From Sulfurospirillaceae bacterium (GTDB lineage: Bacteria; Campylobacterota; Campylobacteria; Campylobacterales; Sulfurospirillaceae): a stretch of DNA of 64,000 nt. The translations under genes were made by a program, and so were the position numbers. The stretch spans positions 224,001 to 288,000 of the forward strand of contig JAWVXD010000003.1 of assembly GCA_033723415.1 (NCBI GenBank). The letters run 5' to 3'. Shown piece after piece: positions 30,671 to 40,522 of the stretch (position 1 is its first letter; every line of letters starts with the position of its first letter). The notes below the pieces were generated by a model. It was not told where the DNA came from, searched no databases, and was given only the letters and a program-made list of their open reading frames with translations.

Positions 30671-31365
30671 TGCTGGATATATTAAAAGCGATAGATTTTA
30701 CTCCATTTTTGTTGTCATTTAAACTTGCTAGTGTTGTGACTTTTATATTGTTTATATTGAGTCTGCCTTTGGCTTGGTATCTATCTCAAACAAGATCAAG
30801 AGCAAAACCGCTTTTAGAGGCTATCACAGCTTTGCCTATCGTGCTTCCACCTTCAGTTCTTGGATTTTACATACTTTATGCCTTATCTCAACACTCTTTG
30901 ATAGGAGAATTTTTCCAAGCGTATTTGGGTGTAAAATTGGTATTTAATTTCACAGGACTCGTGATCGCAAGTTGTTTTTATTCTTTGCCGTTTATGGTGC
31001 AACCTATGCAGAGTGGATTTGAGAGTCTAAATAAAAATATGATAGAAGCGTCTTATATTAGTGGAAAGAGCAAGATACAAACGCTTTTTAAGATAGCTTT
31101 GCCAAATATAAAACCTTCTTTAATGACAGCGCTTATCGTCACTTTTGCTCATACGGTCGGGGAATTTGGAGTTGTTCTCATGGTAGGTGGATCTATACCA
31201 AATCAGACAAAGGTAGCTTCTGTTGCTATATATGAAATGGTTGAAAATCTAGATTACACATCAGCTCATGTATATAGTGCTATCATGGTATCGATCAGCT
31301 TTTTAGTTTTGCTAGGAGCATATATATTTAACGGCAAACAAAATTCAAAATTCAATAGGCTGTAA
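30670..31365 (+). CDS. modB: Molybdate ABC transporter permease
   Basis: LPIVLPPSVLGFY, EAS loop, FAHTVGEFG. Confidence 0.95.
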   Translation: MLDILKAIDFTPFLLSFKLASVVTFILFILSLPLAWYLSQTRSRAKPLLEAITALPIVLPPSVLGFYILYALSQHSLIGEFFQAYLGVKLVFNFTGLVIASCFYSLPFMVQPMQSGFESLNKNMIEASYISGKSKIQTLFKIALPNIKPSLMTALIVTFAHTVGEFGVVLMVGGSIPNQTKVASVAIYEMVENLDYTSAHVYSAIMVSISFLVLLGAYIFNGKQNSKFNRL

Positions 31366-31366
31366 A

Positions 31367-32215
31367 ATGATAACAATAGATATAGATAAAAAACTTTTTG
31401 GTAGTTTTGGAGATATGGATTTAAAAGTAAATCTAAACATAAAAGAGGGCGATTTTATAGCACTTAGCGGTAAAAGTGGCAGCGGCAAGACAACTCTTCT
31501 TAGGATTTTGGCAGGATTAGAAAAATCAGACGGTACCATAAGCATAGGAGATACTATATGGCAGGATAAAAAAAGATTTTTACCTCCTCAAAAAAGAGAG
31601 ATCGGTTTCGTATTTCAAGATTATGCTCTGTTCCCAAATATGAGCGTTATCGACAATCTTTTATTTGTGAATAATGACAGTAAATTAGCTGATGCTTTGC
31701 TAGAAATTACGGAATTAAGTGAGTTAAAAAATAGATTTCCGGCATTTTTGAGTGGCGGGCAAAAGCAAAGAGTTAGTTTATGTAGAGCTTTGATGAACAA
31801 TCCAAAAATCCTTTTGCTAGATGAGCCGCTTTCAGCACTTGATACTGATATGCGAGGAAAACTACAAAGTGAGATATTAACGCTTCACAAAGAATTTAAA
31901 ACTACCACTATCATGGTGAGTCATGATCCAAGCGAAATATATCGTTTAGCAAGTAGAGTTATAATCTTAAATCTTGGACAAATAATAAATGACGGAAATC
32001 CAAAAGAGGTGTTACTCAAGACAAGCGGAAGTCAGAAATTTTCATTTGAAGGTGAGATATTAGATATACAAAAAGTTGATGTGATATATATAGCTATCAT
32101 TGCTATAGGACAGCAGCTTGTTGAAGTAGTTATCAGTAGTCTTGAAGCTCAAAATTTAAAACCAGGACAGATAGTCAGAGTGAGCACAAAAGCCTTTATG
32201 CCAACACTAGATTAA
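31367..32215 (+). CDS. modC: Molybdate ABC transporter ATPase
   Basis: GKSGSGKT, LSGGQKQR, LLLDEP, C-terminal TOBE. Confidence 0.92.
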   Translation: MITIDIDKKLFGSFGDMDLKVNLNIKEGDFIALSGKSGSGKTTLLRILAGLEKSDGTISIGDTIWQDKKRFLPPQKREIGFVFQDYALFPNMSVIDNLLFVNNDSKLADALLEITELSELKNRFPAFLSGGQKQRVSLCRALMNNPKILLLDEPLSALDTDMRGKLQSEILTLHKEFKTTTIMVSHDPSEIYRLASRVIILNLGQIINDGNPKEVLLKTSGSQKFSFEGEILDIQKVDVIYIAIIAIGQQLVEVVISSLEAQNLKPGQIVRVSTKAFMPTLD

Positions 32216-32317
32216 AAGCAATCAACAATATAAAAATCAATACTTTTTTATTAAAAATAATTTTGTTAAGAAAGAAAGAGTATCATATCTGTATGAAATA
32301 ATACAAAGGAGGATTAG

Positions 32318-32809
32318 ATGAAACTCGATAAATGTATTTATATTGTTGGAGATTTGGGACATCTTAAGGTGTATAAAGTTGTAGATACTCTTGCTGAAAG
32401 TCGACATGAAACCATGCAAGTCAGTCATATAAACAACAAAGGTGTGCAAAAGAAAGCAACTTCTTTAAAGAAAGTTATGGAACTTGATTATATATTGCCT
32501 AGAAAAAATGAGCAAGAGTTGCAAAGTGACCAAATGGGACGTTTCTTATCGGGTTCGACTGCATCTACAGGAGAAGAGCACAATTTGAAAATTGAGCGTG
32601 ATCAAAAGACACTTGAGTTGATTGCTCAAGATATTAAGAAAGTAATAGCTAAAGAAAGACCTTCTGTCTGGTATCTCTCTTTTTCAAAAAAAATGTACGG
32701 TAAACTTAATGGTATGTTAGATGAAGATATTAAAAAAACACTGAAAAAAACTTTACCTTTAAATTTAACAAAAACACCTAAAGATGAGTTGCTTTCTCAT
32801 TTTGCGTAA
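32318..32809 (+). CDS. Host-attachment (AtsE-like) family protein
   Basis: N-terminal IVGDLGHLKVY, SDQMGRF motif, C-terminal NLTK.P..EL..HF; AGGAGG RBS. Confidence 0.6.
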   Translation: MKLDKCIYIVGDLGHLKVYKVVDTLAESRHETMQVSHINNKGVQKKATSLKKVMELDYILPRKNEQELQSDQMGRFLSGSTASTGEEHNLKIERDQKTLELIAQDIKKVIAKERPSVWYLSFSKKMYGKLNGMLDEDIKKTLKKTLPLNLTKTPKDELLSHFA

Positions 32810-32820
32810 AAAATATTTCT

Positions 32821-32855
32821 AAATCAGCGCCTAATTATATAATAGGCGCTGATTT
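32821..32855. terminator. Bidirectional intrinsic terminator hairpin
   Basis: AAATCAGCGCCTA-N9-TAGGCGCTGATTT between convergent genes. Confidence 0.8.
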
Positions 32856-32856
32856 A

Positions 32857-34479
32857 TCAAGCGTGATATGCTCTTTTTTCAATATCTAATCTATCAAATA
32901 AAGATAGAATATTGTCATAATCTGTATGTAATGCAGTATCTATCAAAAAATCTTTTTTTTCTAATATAGCTTTGGCTTTCTTGACTTTTTCTTCTGTAAA
33001 AATGGAATAAAGAGCTTTTTCATAATCGCTCCAGATGAGTTTGTCTTGATTTATCCTGATAATCTCTGCCAAAATTTTGCACATAATATTGTCACTTGAT
33101 TCTAAAAGCCAAAGTGCTTCTTCACTGTCGTTATTTAGGATATATATCTGAGCTTTGAATTCAAGCATCGTAAAGTTCTTTTGAAATATAACACCTATAT
33201 ATCTTTCGATATTTAGTGAGTCATCTAGCGCTTCAATAACATTTAGAATATCTGCCGGATCGTATTTTGTAAAATTCAAAACCATGTCACGGATCAACTT
33301 TCCATTGTTCTTATTGTTGTAGATCATATCGTCTATCGGATATATCTCGGAAACTCCGGGGACAATGACCTGACAGGAATAAAATCCTAGATAATTGTAT
33401 TCTCGCAGATATATCTCTTTATCCATGTGATGTAAGATTTGAGTAAGGTACTCATATTCTGCATCATTTCCTGATTTGTCGTATTTCCAAGGGACATAAT
33501 CAAAACTCTTTTGTGAATTTAAAAAGCCAAAGCCAATCTTTCCATTTGAATCTATAAAGTGAGCTTCCAGATTAAAATTGTCAGATACGATATCCATATC
33601 AAAGGTCGGAGTCTCAAAAGCATCAAGATCATCTAGATCACGTCCTTGCATGAGCTCTGTCATTGTGCGTTCAAGTGAGACTTGCAAAATAGGGTGCGCC
33701 CCAAATGAAACAAATAACGTAGAATTCTTGGGATTTATCAAAGATATCGCAGTCACAGGGTACAATCCTCCAAGGGATGCATCTAAAACTTCTACCAAAT
33801 ATCCAAGGTCTCGCAAACGTGTGATGTCTTCATATAATTTGTCAAATGATTGGATGATCGCATCAGGAAAGCTAGGAAGCGCGTAGCCGTTTTTGATGAT
33901 CTCCATCTTTGCATATCTCTCAAAAATCTCGCTAAGTGCTTGAACTTTTGCTTCTAGGGGCGTATTGCCTGTCGCCAAGCCATTGCTCACATAAAGATTA
34001 CTCAAGATATTGAGTGGAAAATATACCTTCTCATCAGTGTCTGCGTTTAAAAATGGCAAAGAAACGATCTTCTCGGTATGATCACTGTTATAATCGATCA
34101 AATCTTCCAAGCTTTGCTCGCTATTTGGATTGTATATTTTTTGTAATTTTTCATTTAGGTAATCCCCGCCAAAATCAAAAGTGAGTGCATCAGGATAGTA
34201 ATCCCGCTTAGGCAAATGAAAATCTATAAAGAAATTATTTGTTTGAAGCCTTTCTATATATTCTCCCAAAGCGCTCGCCTGTGAAGCATCGGAGATGATT
34301 CCTTTGCCATTTGAATATATGTGATTTGGAGCTTCTACTGAAGCTAGATTTACTGAATAACAATTTTTCAAAGGATGCTTTTCTTGTGAAAACGTTGTCT
34401 CACATTTGACTTTTTTGAGTGCTTTTTGCATATTTTTGATAGATTCTTTTAGGGGAGCATTTTTTGATAGGAAGTTCAT
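32857..34479 (-). CDS. ycaO: Stand-alone YcaO-family protein (E. coli YcaO-like)
   Basis: NGKG, ASALGEYIER, SNGLATGN, SEIFER, SFGAHP, ERTMTELMQGR, HFIDS, VPGVSEIYP. Confidence 0.88.
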   Translation of the reverse strand: MNFLSKNAPLKESIKNMQKALKKVKCETTFSQEKHPLKNCYSVNLASVEAPNHIYSNGKGIISDASQASALGEYIERLQTNNFFIDFHLPKRDYYPDALTFDFGGDYLNEKLQKIYNPNSEQSLEDLIDYNSDHTEKIVSLPFLNADTDEKVYFPLNILSNLYVSNGLATGNTPLEAKVQALSEIFERYAKMEIIKNGYALPSFPDAIIQSFDKLYEDITRLRDLGYLVEVLDASLGGLYPVTAISLINPKNSTLFVSFGAHPILQVSLERTMTELMQGRDLDDLDAFETPTFDMDIVSDNFNLEAHFIDSNGKIGFGFLNSQKSFDYVPWKYDKSGNDAEYEYLTQILHHMDKEIYLREYNYLGFYSCQVIVPGVSEIYPIDDMIYNNKNNGKLIRDMVLNFTKYDPADILNVIEALDDSLNIERYIGVIFQKNFTMLEFKAQIYILNNDSEEALWLLESSDNIMCKILAEIIRINQDKLIWSDYEKALYSIFTEEKVKKAKAILEKKDFLIDTALHTDYDNILSLFDRLDIEKRAYHA

Positions 34480-34504
34480 ATTTTTTCTTTTTGGTATATA
34501 AATT

Positions 34505-35791
34505 TTAGCGCATTATATCTGGTTTTATCATAATTCCTTCAATTTTATTTATAAGTAGCGAGTTGACATCGACATCACTGAGGTTTTTCCCAATATATAA
34601 GGTAGATATGATTGTTTTACCGATAACGTATCTGCCTTCTTTGCCCCCATCATCTGTGCGGATTCCCCATAAGTCGTGCATGACCATGGCTTTTTTATCT
34701 TTCTCTCCTATATAGAGCATAATATGACCTTTTAGGTAGATAAGGCTAACAAAAGGGATGCCGTTTTTAAGAATCTCTTTCTCTTTTTCTTTAGGAGTGA
34801 GTCCCTTTAGAGAAAGGTATTGACCTGCATTTTTTTGAGCAGCGGAGTTTCTAGGCAACCATATGCCAAATACTGCCATGAAGTCCTTGGTCATAGCAGA
34901 ACAGTCTCGATTTCCTAGATATCCTCCCCATCCATATTTTTTGTCTAAAAGTTGTTGACTGATTTTTAGAACATTTTGTGCATTGAACGTGATAGGCATC
35001 ACTCCTGCATTGTTTTTGAGTATTCTGACTTCAATTTTTTTACCAAAATTCTGTAGTGTATTGATGAAAATATATGAATAATAAAATAACTCATCTTCCC
35101 TGACATATGGAAATATCGCTCCCAATTTTACTTTGGTTATATACCTTTGATCCTTCGTATATATTGGTGTATCATCTCTTGATATCACTATTTTTTTGCT
35201 ATTTTCAAAGCTCTCTTTTTGCTTTTTGTTTAGTACGACTAAACTGCCGGTAGGAATCCATCCCACAGAGAAAGGATTTTGCACAAAAGCCCAAGAGCCG
35301 TCATCTGAAAAGTGCGATATGAAAAGAGGGGTATTTATGTGAATTCTGGAATTTTGCAAGTAATCAAAAGGGTAGCCTTCTCCAGGCAGATTTGTTTGCT
35401 CAAAAAATGGTTTTATTGTCGGTAATTCTCTCAATTGCTCATTTCTTATAGTTATGGCATATCGGTCATCACTGTTGTAATCATCAAAGTTGGTTGTGTT
35501 TATGATCTTTTGGATTTGCTCTTTTTTCCAAGGCAGAATATTTTCACCGTAGTATTTATTTTCTTTGTCAAAATGTTGATTTGCCCAAGAGGCAGTTTGT
35601 TTATCAAGTGACATAGAAGTTATATGCCAAGGCATATAGTACTGTGAGTCAAAGTATTCCATATTGATACTTTGAGGGTTAACTTCTTGTACCAAACTTG
35701 TAATACTATTGTTATAAAGCAGGATTTGCGGTTTTGGAGCGCATCCTGCAAATAAAAGTAAAAGAAGCGTTAAGTTTATTATTGTTTTCAT
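34505..35791 (-). CDS. SH3-NlpC/P60 peptidoglycan endopeptidase lipoprotein
   Basis: Lipobox FAGC, EGYPFDYLQNS, YGWGG..NRDCSA, WLPRNS, GHIMLY. Confidence 0.88.
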   Translation of the reverse strand: MKTIINLTLLLLLFAGCAPKPQILLYNNSITSLVQEVNPQSINMEYFDSQYYMPWHITSMSLDKQTASWANQHFDKENKYYGENILPWKKEQIQKIINTTNFDDYNSDDRYAITIRNEQLRELPTIKPFFEQTNLPGEGYPFDYLQNSRIHINTPLFISHFSDDGSWAFVQNPFSVGWIPTGSLVVLNKKQKESFENSKKIVISRDDTPIYTKDQRYITKVKLGAIFPYVREDELFYYSYIFINTLQNFGKKIEVRILKNNAGVMPITFNAQNVLKISQQLLDKKYGWGGYLGNRDCSAMTKDFMAVFGIWLPRNSAAQKNAGQYLSLKGLTPKEKEKEILKNGIPFVSLIYLKGHIMLYIGEKDKKAMVMHDLWGIRTDDGGKEGRYVIGKTIISTLYIGKNLSDVDVNSLLINKIEGIMIKPDIMR

Positions 35792-35813
35792 AAGCCAAAT
35801 AGTATCAAAAATT

Positions 35814-36437
35814 TTATTTGATTGAAGTTAGTGCTTCTTTTGATAGTTTGGTTATAAGCTTAAAATTTTTCTCTTTTATAGCAGATTTTGGAGTGATCCA
35901 ACTGCCTCCTATACATAAAACATTTTTTAATTTTAAAAAATCTTTTAAATTGCTTAGATTTACGCCTCCTGTCGGACAAAAATTCATCTTTGGGAAAGGT
36001 CCTCCGTATGATTTGAGCGCATCTACTCCTCCCACAGTCGTTGCAGGGAACAGTTTACAATAAAAGATGTCGTTGTTTTGTGCAAACATGATCTCAGAAG
36101 CTGTAGCAACACCTGGAATAAGGGCTACATCTGTTTTTTTTGAGTAGTCTATCAATTCTTGATTGATACCTGGAGAAAAGACAAATTTTGCTCCACTGTT
36201 TATGGAGTTTTTAAAATCTTTTTTATTTGTGACAGTTCCTGCTCCAACGTGCATATCAGGTACTATCTTAGCTATCTTTTCTATAGATCTTAGTCCGGCA
36301 TCTGTTCTAAGCGTTATCTCCATGATCTGGATACCGGCTTCTAACAAAGCTAAAGCCAGAGGTACTGCATTGTTTACATCATCCAATGCTATAACAGGAA
36401 CTATAGGTGAAATCTCCATGATCTCTTTTGCTTTCAT
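35814..36437 (-). CDS. eda: KDPG/KHG aldolase
   Basis: EITLRT, GAGTV, KLFPA, FCPTGGV, GGSW. Confidence 0.96.
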   Translation of the reverse strand: MKAKEIMEISPIVPVIALDDVNNAVPLALALLEAGIQIMEITLRTDAGLRSIEKIAKIVPDMHVGAGTVTNKKDFKNSINSGAKFVFSPGINQELIDYSKKTDVALIPGVATASEIMFAQNNDIFYCKLFPATTVGGVDALKSYGGPFPKMNFCPTGGVNLSNLKDFLKLKNVLCIGGSWITPKSAIKEKNFKLITKLSKEALTSIK

Positions 36438-38263
36438 GATTTTTCCTCAGTGATTAAATTAAATATACCGGCACCGTCTTCTGCTTGATTTACATTTTGT
36501 CTGGTATTGGCAAACAATTCTCTTCCAAAACCGTGTTGGTTTTTCTTTAAATCTGGAATAGATTGGACTCTGTTGTTAAATTCTTGCTCATCTACCAAAA
36601 CTGAAATCTCACTTTTTTGGATATCAAATCTTATCTTATCTCCGGTTCTGATTTTATCCAATGCCCCGCCACTCAGGGCTTCTGGAGTAAAATGCAGGGC
36701 AGCTGGGACTTTACCGCTGGCTCCTGACATCCTTCCATCTGTAATGATAGCTACTTTGTATCCCTTGTCTTGCAAAACTCCAAGAGGAGGCATAAGTCCG
36801 TGAAGTTCAGGCATTCCATTTGCTTTTGGTCCTTGATATTTTACTATTGCAATAAAGTCTTTTTCCAACAACCCCGCTTTAAAAGCAGCTTGTAGTTCTT
36901 TTTGTGATTCAAAAACTATGGCATCTGCTATGATGAGTTGATTATCATTTTTAAGTGCAGATGTTTTTATGATACTTCTTCCAAGAGAACTTTTTATAAG
37001 CTTTAGACCTCCCTCAGGGCTAAAGGGTGAATCAAATGATGATATAACATCTTTGTTCTTGGAATTTTTAAACCCGGGTTTGAACATAAGTTCTCCATCT
37101 TCAAGACACGGTTCTACTATATAATTATTCAAACCTTTGCCTACTATCGTTTCTACATCCTCATGCAATAGATCAGCGGATAAAAGTTGATATATTACGG
37201 TAGCCATACCTCCGGCATCTCGAAAAGCATTGACATCAGCACTTCCGTTTGGATACATCTTGCAAAGAAGAGGCGTGACCTTTGATATGGCATCAAAATC
37301 ATCCCAATTTATAACAATCCCGGCAGCCTTTGCCATCGCAATGAGGTGAATTGTGTGATTTGTTGAGCCTCCTGTTGCCATAAGTCCTATGATTGCATTG
37401 ACGAAACTTCTTTCATCTATGATATCTGAGATCGGTTTGTAATTTTTTGATAACTGTGTCATGTTCAAGATATTTTTTGCCCCATATTTAGTTAATTCTT
37501 CTCTAAGAGGGGTATTTGCATTGACAAATGAGCTGTTTGGCAGCTGTAGTCCAAACATCTCCATAAGCATTTGATTTGAGTTTGCCGTGCCGTAAAACGT
37601 ACAAGTTCCGCAATCATGATAAGAAGCGGATTCTGCTTGTAGCAACTCTTTTTGAGTGATCTTCCCTTCAGCATACTCTTGTCTTATCTTGGCTTTTTCA
37701 GAGTTGCTTATACCTGAAGTCATTGGTCCTGCCGGCATAAAGGTTACAGGGAGATGACCAAAAGTCATAGCAGCTATAAAAAGACCCGGGACTATTTTAT
37801 CGCAGACACCTAGATATATCGCTCCATCAAAGGCATTATGAGTTAGAGCTATAGCTGCAGCTTGAGCTATGATATCACGGCTGAACAAACTAAGTTCCAT
37901 ACCTGGTTGAGACTGTGTTATGCCATCACACATTGCCGGAACTCCTCCTGCAACCTGAGCAGTTGCGCCTGATTTGGAAAGAGTTTCTTTGATGATATCA
38001 GGATATGTCTTAAGAGGTTGATGTGCTGATAGCATATCATTGTAGGCGGTGACTATGGCAATATTTGGCGTTTGCATTGCAATCATTGACGATTTGTCAT
38101 GTGCGTTCATAGCAGCCATCGTATGTGCGAGATTACTACAACTTAACCTTTTTCGATTGACATCATTATATTTTGCTCTGTTCATTTGCTCTAAGTAAAT
38201 ATATCTACTTTTTTTGGATCGTTCTATTATGTTTTCTGTAACTTTTTTGATAGTTTTATTCAC
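36434..38263 (-). CDS. edd: 6-phosphogluconate dehydratase
   Basis: CSNLAH, YNDMLSAHQP, GGVPAMCDG, CDKIVPG, TDGRMSGASGKVP. Confidence 0.97.
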   Translation of the reverse strand: MNKTIKKVTENIIERSKKSRYIYLEQMNRAKYNDVNRKRLSCSNLAHTMAAMNAHDKSSMIAMQTPNIAIVTAYNDMLSAHQPLKTYPDIIKETLSKSGATAQVAGGVPAMCDGITQSQPGMELSLFSRDIIAQAAAIALTHNAFDGAIYLGVCDKIVPGLFIAAMTFGHLPVTFMPAGPMTSGISNSEKAKIRQEYAEGKITQKELLQAESASYHDCGTCTFYGTANSNQMLMEMFGLQLPNSSFVNANTPLREELTKYGAKNILNMTQLSKNYKPISDIIDERSFVNAIIGLMATGGSTNHTIHLIAMAKAAGIVINWDDFDAISKVTPLLCKMYPNGSADVNAFRDAGGMATVIYQLLSADLLHEDVETIVGKGLNNYIVEPCLEDGELMFKPGFKNSKNKDVISSFDSPFSPEGGLKLIKSSLGRSIIKTSALKNDNQLIIADAIVFESQKELQAAFKAGLLEKDFIAIVKYQGPKANGMPELHGLMPPLGVLQDKGYKVAIITDGRMSGASGKVPAALHFTPEALSGGALDKIRTGDKIRFDIQKSEISVLVDEQEFNNRVQSIPDLKKNQHGFGRELFANTRQNVNQAEDGAGIFNLITEEKS

Positions 38264-38951
38264 AATAATAAACCTTTATATCTTTTTCCTCTTGATTTAA
38301 AATGGCTAGAATAGGCATATTATACTCATCGTTTGTGCTCAGCGCCTTTTGAAAAACAGCAGTTTTTGTTTTACCTTCAAAATGAAGATAAATATTTTTG
38401 GCACTTAAAATAGCTAATTTTGTCAGGCTCATCCTTAAATGCGGAGCAGTTTGAGGTTTTATGGCTATACAGAGATTTTCAAGATTTTGTGTGTAGGCAT
38501 CTCTAAGTTTTTCATTGTTTGGGAATAGTGATGCCGTATGTGCATCACTGCCTAATCCTAATATTATTACATCAAAAGGAAACAGTTCAGCTTTGATCTT
38601 TTGTGAGCAAAGATCTACCGCTTCATTTATAGGTATATCTTCATACATGCCTATAAATTTGGCTGTTTTGGCTTTATGTTTTAACAAATATTCTCTAACC
38701 ATTTTTTCGTTACTGTCTTTATGCGTAGGATTAACCCAACGCTCATCACAAAGACCTATAGTTACTTTTTCCCAAAGTATATTTGCCCTGCTTAAAATCT
38801 CGAAAAGAGGTTTGGGGGTATTGCCTCCCGATACCATCAATGTTGCTTGTCCATTTCGTTTTATAGCATCTTTCAAATCTCTTGCAATGTTATTGCTAAG
38901 ATCTTCTATCAGCATGTCTTTATCGTTATATTTATATACTATTCTACTCAT
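38256..38951 (-). CDS. pgl: 6-phosphogluconolactonase
   Basis: SGGNTP, DERWV, LGLGSDAHTASLFP, RMSLT. ATG 38951 overlaps the zwf stop. Confidence 0.94.
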   Translation of the reverse strand: MSRIVYKYNDKDMLIEDLSNNIARDLKDAIKRNGQATLMVSGGNTPKPLFEILSRANILWEKVTIGLCDERWVNPTHKDSNEKMVREYLLKHKAKTAKFIGMYEDIPINEAVDLCSQKIKAELFPFDVIILGLGSDAHTASLFPNNEKLRDAYTQNLENLCIAIKPQTAPHLRMSLTKLAILSAKNIYLHFEGKTKTAVFQKALSTNDEYNMPILAILNQEEKDIKVYYCE

Positions 38952-40410
38952 CATACCAACTTCTTGCATCTTGTGCGATTAATTGTATCGCGGCACTTGG
39001 ACCATCAGTTCCTGCACTATATGTTCTCATCGGCGTAAAGTTTTGCTCCCAGCCTTCTAAGATTATATCTGTCCATTTCCAAGCAGCCTCGACTTCATCA
39101 AGACGCATAAACAATGTCGGGTTTGAATGTATCACATCTAAAAGCAATCTTTGATATGCTTCTGATTTTCTAGTTTTGATTTTTGGGGCATTTAATTCAA
39201 GATCAACTTGTTGCAGGCGCATTTGTCCTGTGATCTCAGGTATCTTATTCATAAGTTTTAGTTTGATACTCTCTTTAGGCTGTAGTGAAATCACAAGTTT
39301 GTTTTCAGAGATACAGTTCCCATTGTTCGGAAATATCGAGTATGGTATTTTTTTAAATTGGATAACGATTTCAGAGTTTTTTTTGCTCATACGTTTACCG
39401 CTTCTGAGATAAAAAGGAACACCGTTCCATCTCCAATTGTCTATATCTACTCTAAGTGCCGCAAAAGTTTCCGTATTACTTCCTTCATTTGAACCATCAC
39501 CTTCCAAATATCCGACAACAAGTTCTCCGTCACTTGAACCGCTATTGTATTGGGCCCTAACTGTTCTTTGTCTTATATCTTCAGGTGTCATCTTACGAAG
39601 AGAGCGTAAGACTTTTACTTTCTCATCCCTGACGCTATCAGCTTCTAGTGAACAAGGCGGCTCCATCGCTATAAGACATAGAAGTTGCATCAAATGATTT
39701 TGTATCATGTCACGCAGTGCACCATATTCGTCATAATATCCCCATCTTCCTTCAACTCCTACACTTTCAGCTACGGTGATCTGTACATGATCTATATTGT
39801 TTGCATCCCAAAGAGGCATAAATAAACGATTTGAAAATCTTAGAGCCAAGATATTTTGCACAGTATCTTTGCCAAGATAGTGATCAATTCTATATATTTG
39901 TTTTTCATCAAAGTATCTCAATACTTCTTTATTTATTATTCTTGATGATTCAAGATCTCTTCCTATAGGTTTTTCTAGAACAACTCTGCTTTTGTTATTT
40001 ATGAGTTTAAATTTACTTAAAGACTTGCATATAGAGCCAAAAAAATCTGATGAAGTTGAGAGATAGTATATCCTGTCTCTCTTTGTCTCATCTTCTAATA
40101 GCTTTTTTAGATGTTCAAAGCTTTTTTCTTGGTCAAAATCTATCTTTGAGAGATACAATTGTTTGCTGAATTGTTGAAATTTTTGATTATCAAATTCTCC
40201 TTCAGGCAAAAATTCTATAAGCTTTTCTTTTATCAATTCCAAATGTTCAGCATTTTCCATATTACGTCTTGAAATTATAATGATCCTGCTTTCAATATCA
40301 AGATAGTTATCGTTATAGAGGTGGTAGAGTGCAGGTATTAGTTTTCTAAATGATAAATCACCATGTCCGCCAAAAATCATAATGTCACATAAGTTTTCAT
40401 TGTCTTTCAC
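38944..40410 (-). CDS. zwf: Glucose-6-phosphate 1-dehydrogenase
   Basis: GGHGDL, EKP, YRIDHYLGK, DMIQNHL, RWNGVPFYLRSGK; GTG start with AGGAG. Confidence 0.97.
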   Translation of the reverse strand: MKDNENLCDIMIFGGHGDLSFRKLIPALYHLYNDNYLDIESRIIIISRRNMENAEHLELIKEKLIEFLPEGEFDNQKFQQFSKQLYLSKIDFDQEKSFEHLKKLLEDETKRDRIYYLSTSSDFFGSICKSLSKFKLINNKSRVVLEKPIGRDLESSRIINKEVLRYFDEKQIYRIDHYLGKDTVQNILALRFSNRLFMPLWDANNIDHVQITVAESVGVEGRWGYYDEYGALRDMIQNHLMQLLCLIAMEPPCSLEADSVRDEKVKVLRSLRKMTPEDIRQRTVRAQYNSGSSDGELVVGYLEGDGSNEGSNTETFAALRVDIDNWRWNGVPFYLRSGKRMSKKNSEIVIQFKKIPYSIFPNNGNCISENKLVISLQPKESIKLKLMNKIPEITGQMRLQQVDLELNAPKIKTRKSEAYQRLLLDVIHSNPTLFMRLDEVEAAWKWTDIILEGWEQNFTPMRTYSAGTDGPSAAIQLIAQDARSWYDE

Positions 40411-40522
40411 GAAATCTCCTAATTTGTATATTTCGGTCTAGTTTGACGTATGTAACTATTATAGCCAAAGTTTGAATATATATTATTAACAAAAAGCACA
40501 TTTTTTAGGCAAATAAACGAAT

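Noticed and set aside
32857..34479. YcaO as the core of a RiPP cluster
   Set aside because: Flanking gaps are 25 bp and a terminator; no precursor or partner enzymes are visible.
40411..40522. HexR-like box upstream of zwf
   Set aside because: Only a half-site (TGTAACTATTATAGC); the TTACA arm is missing and no hexR gene is in the window.
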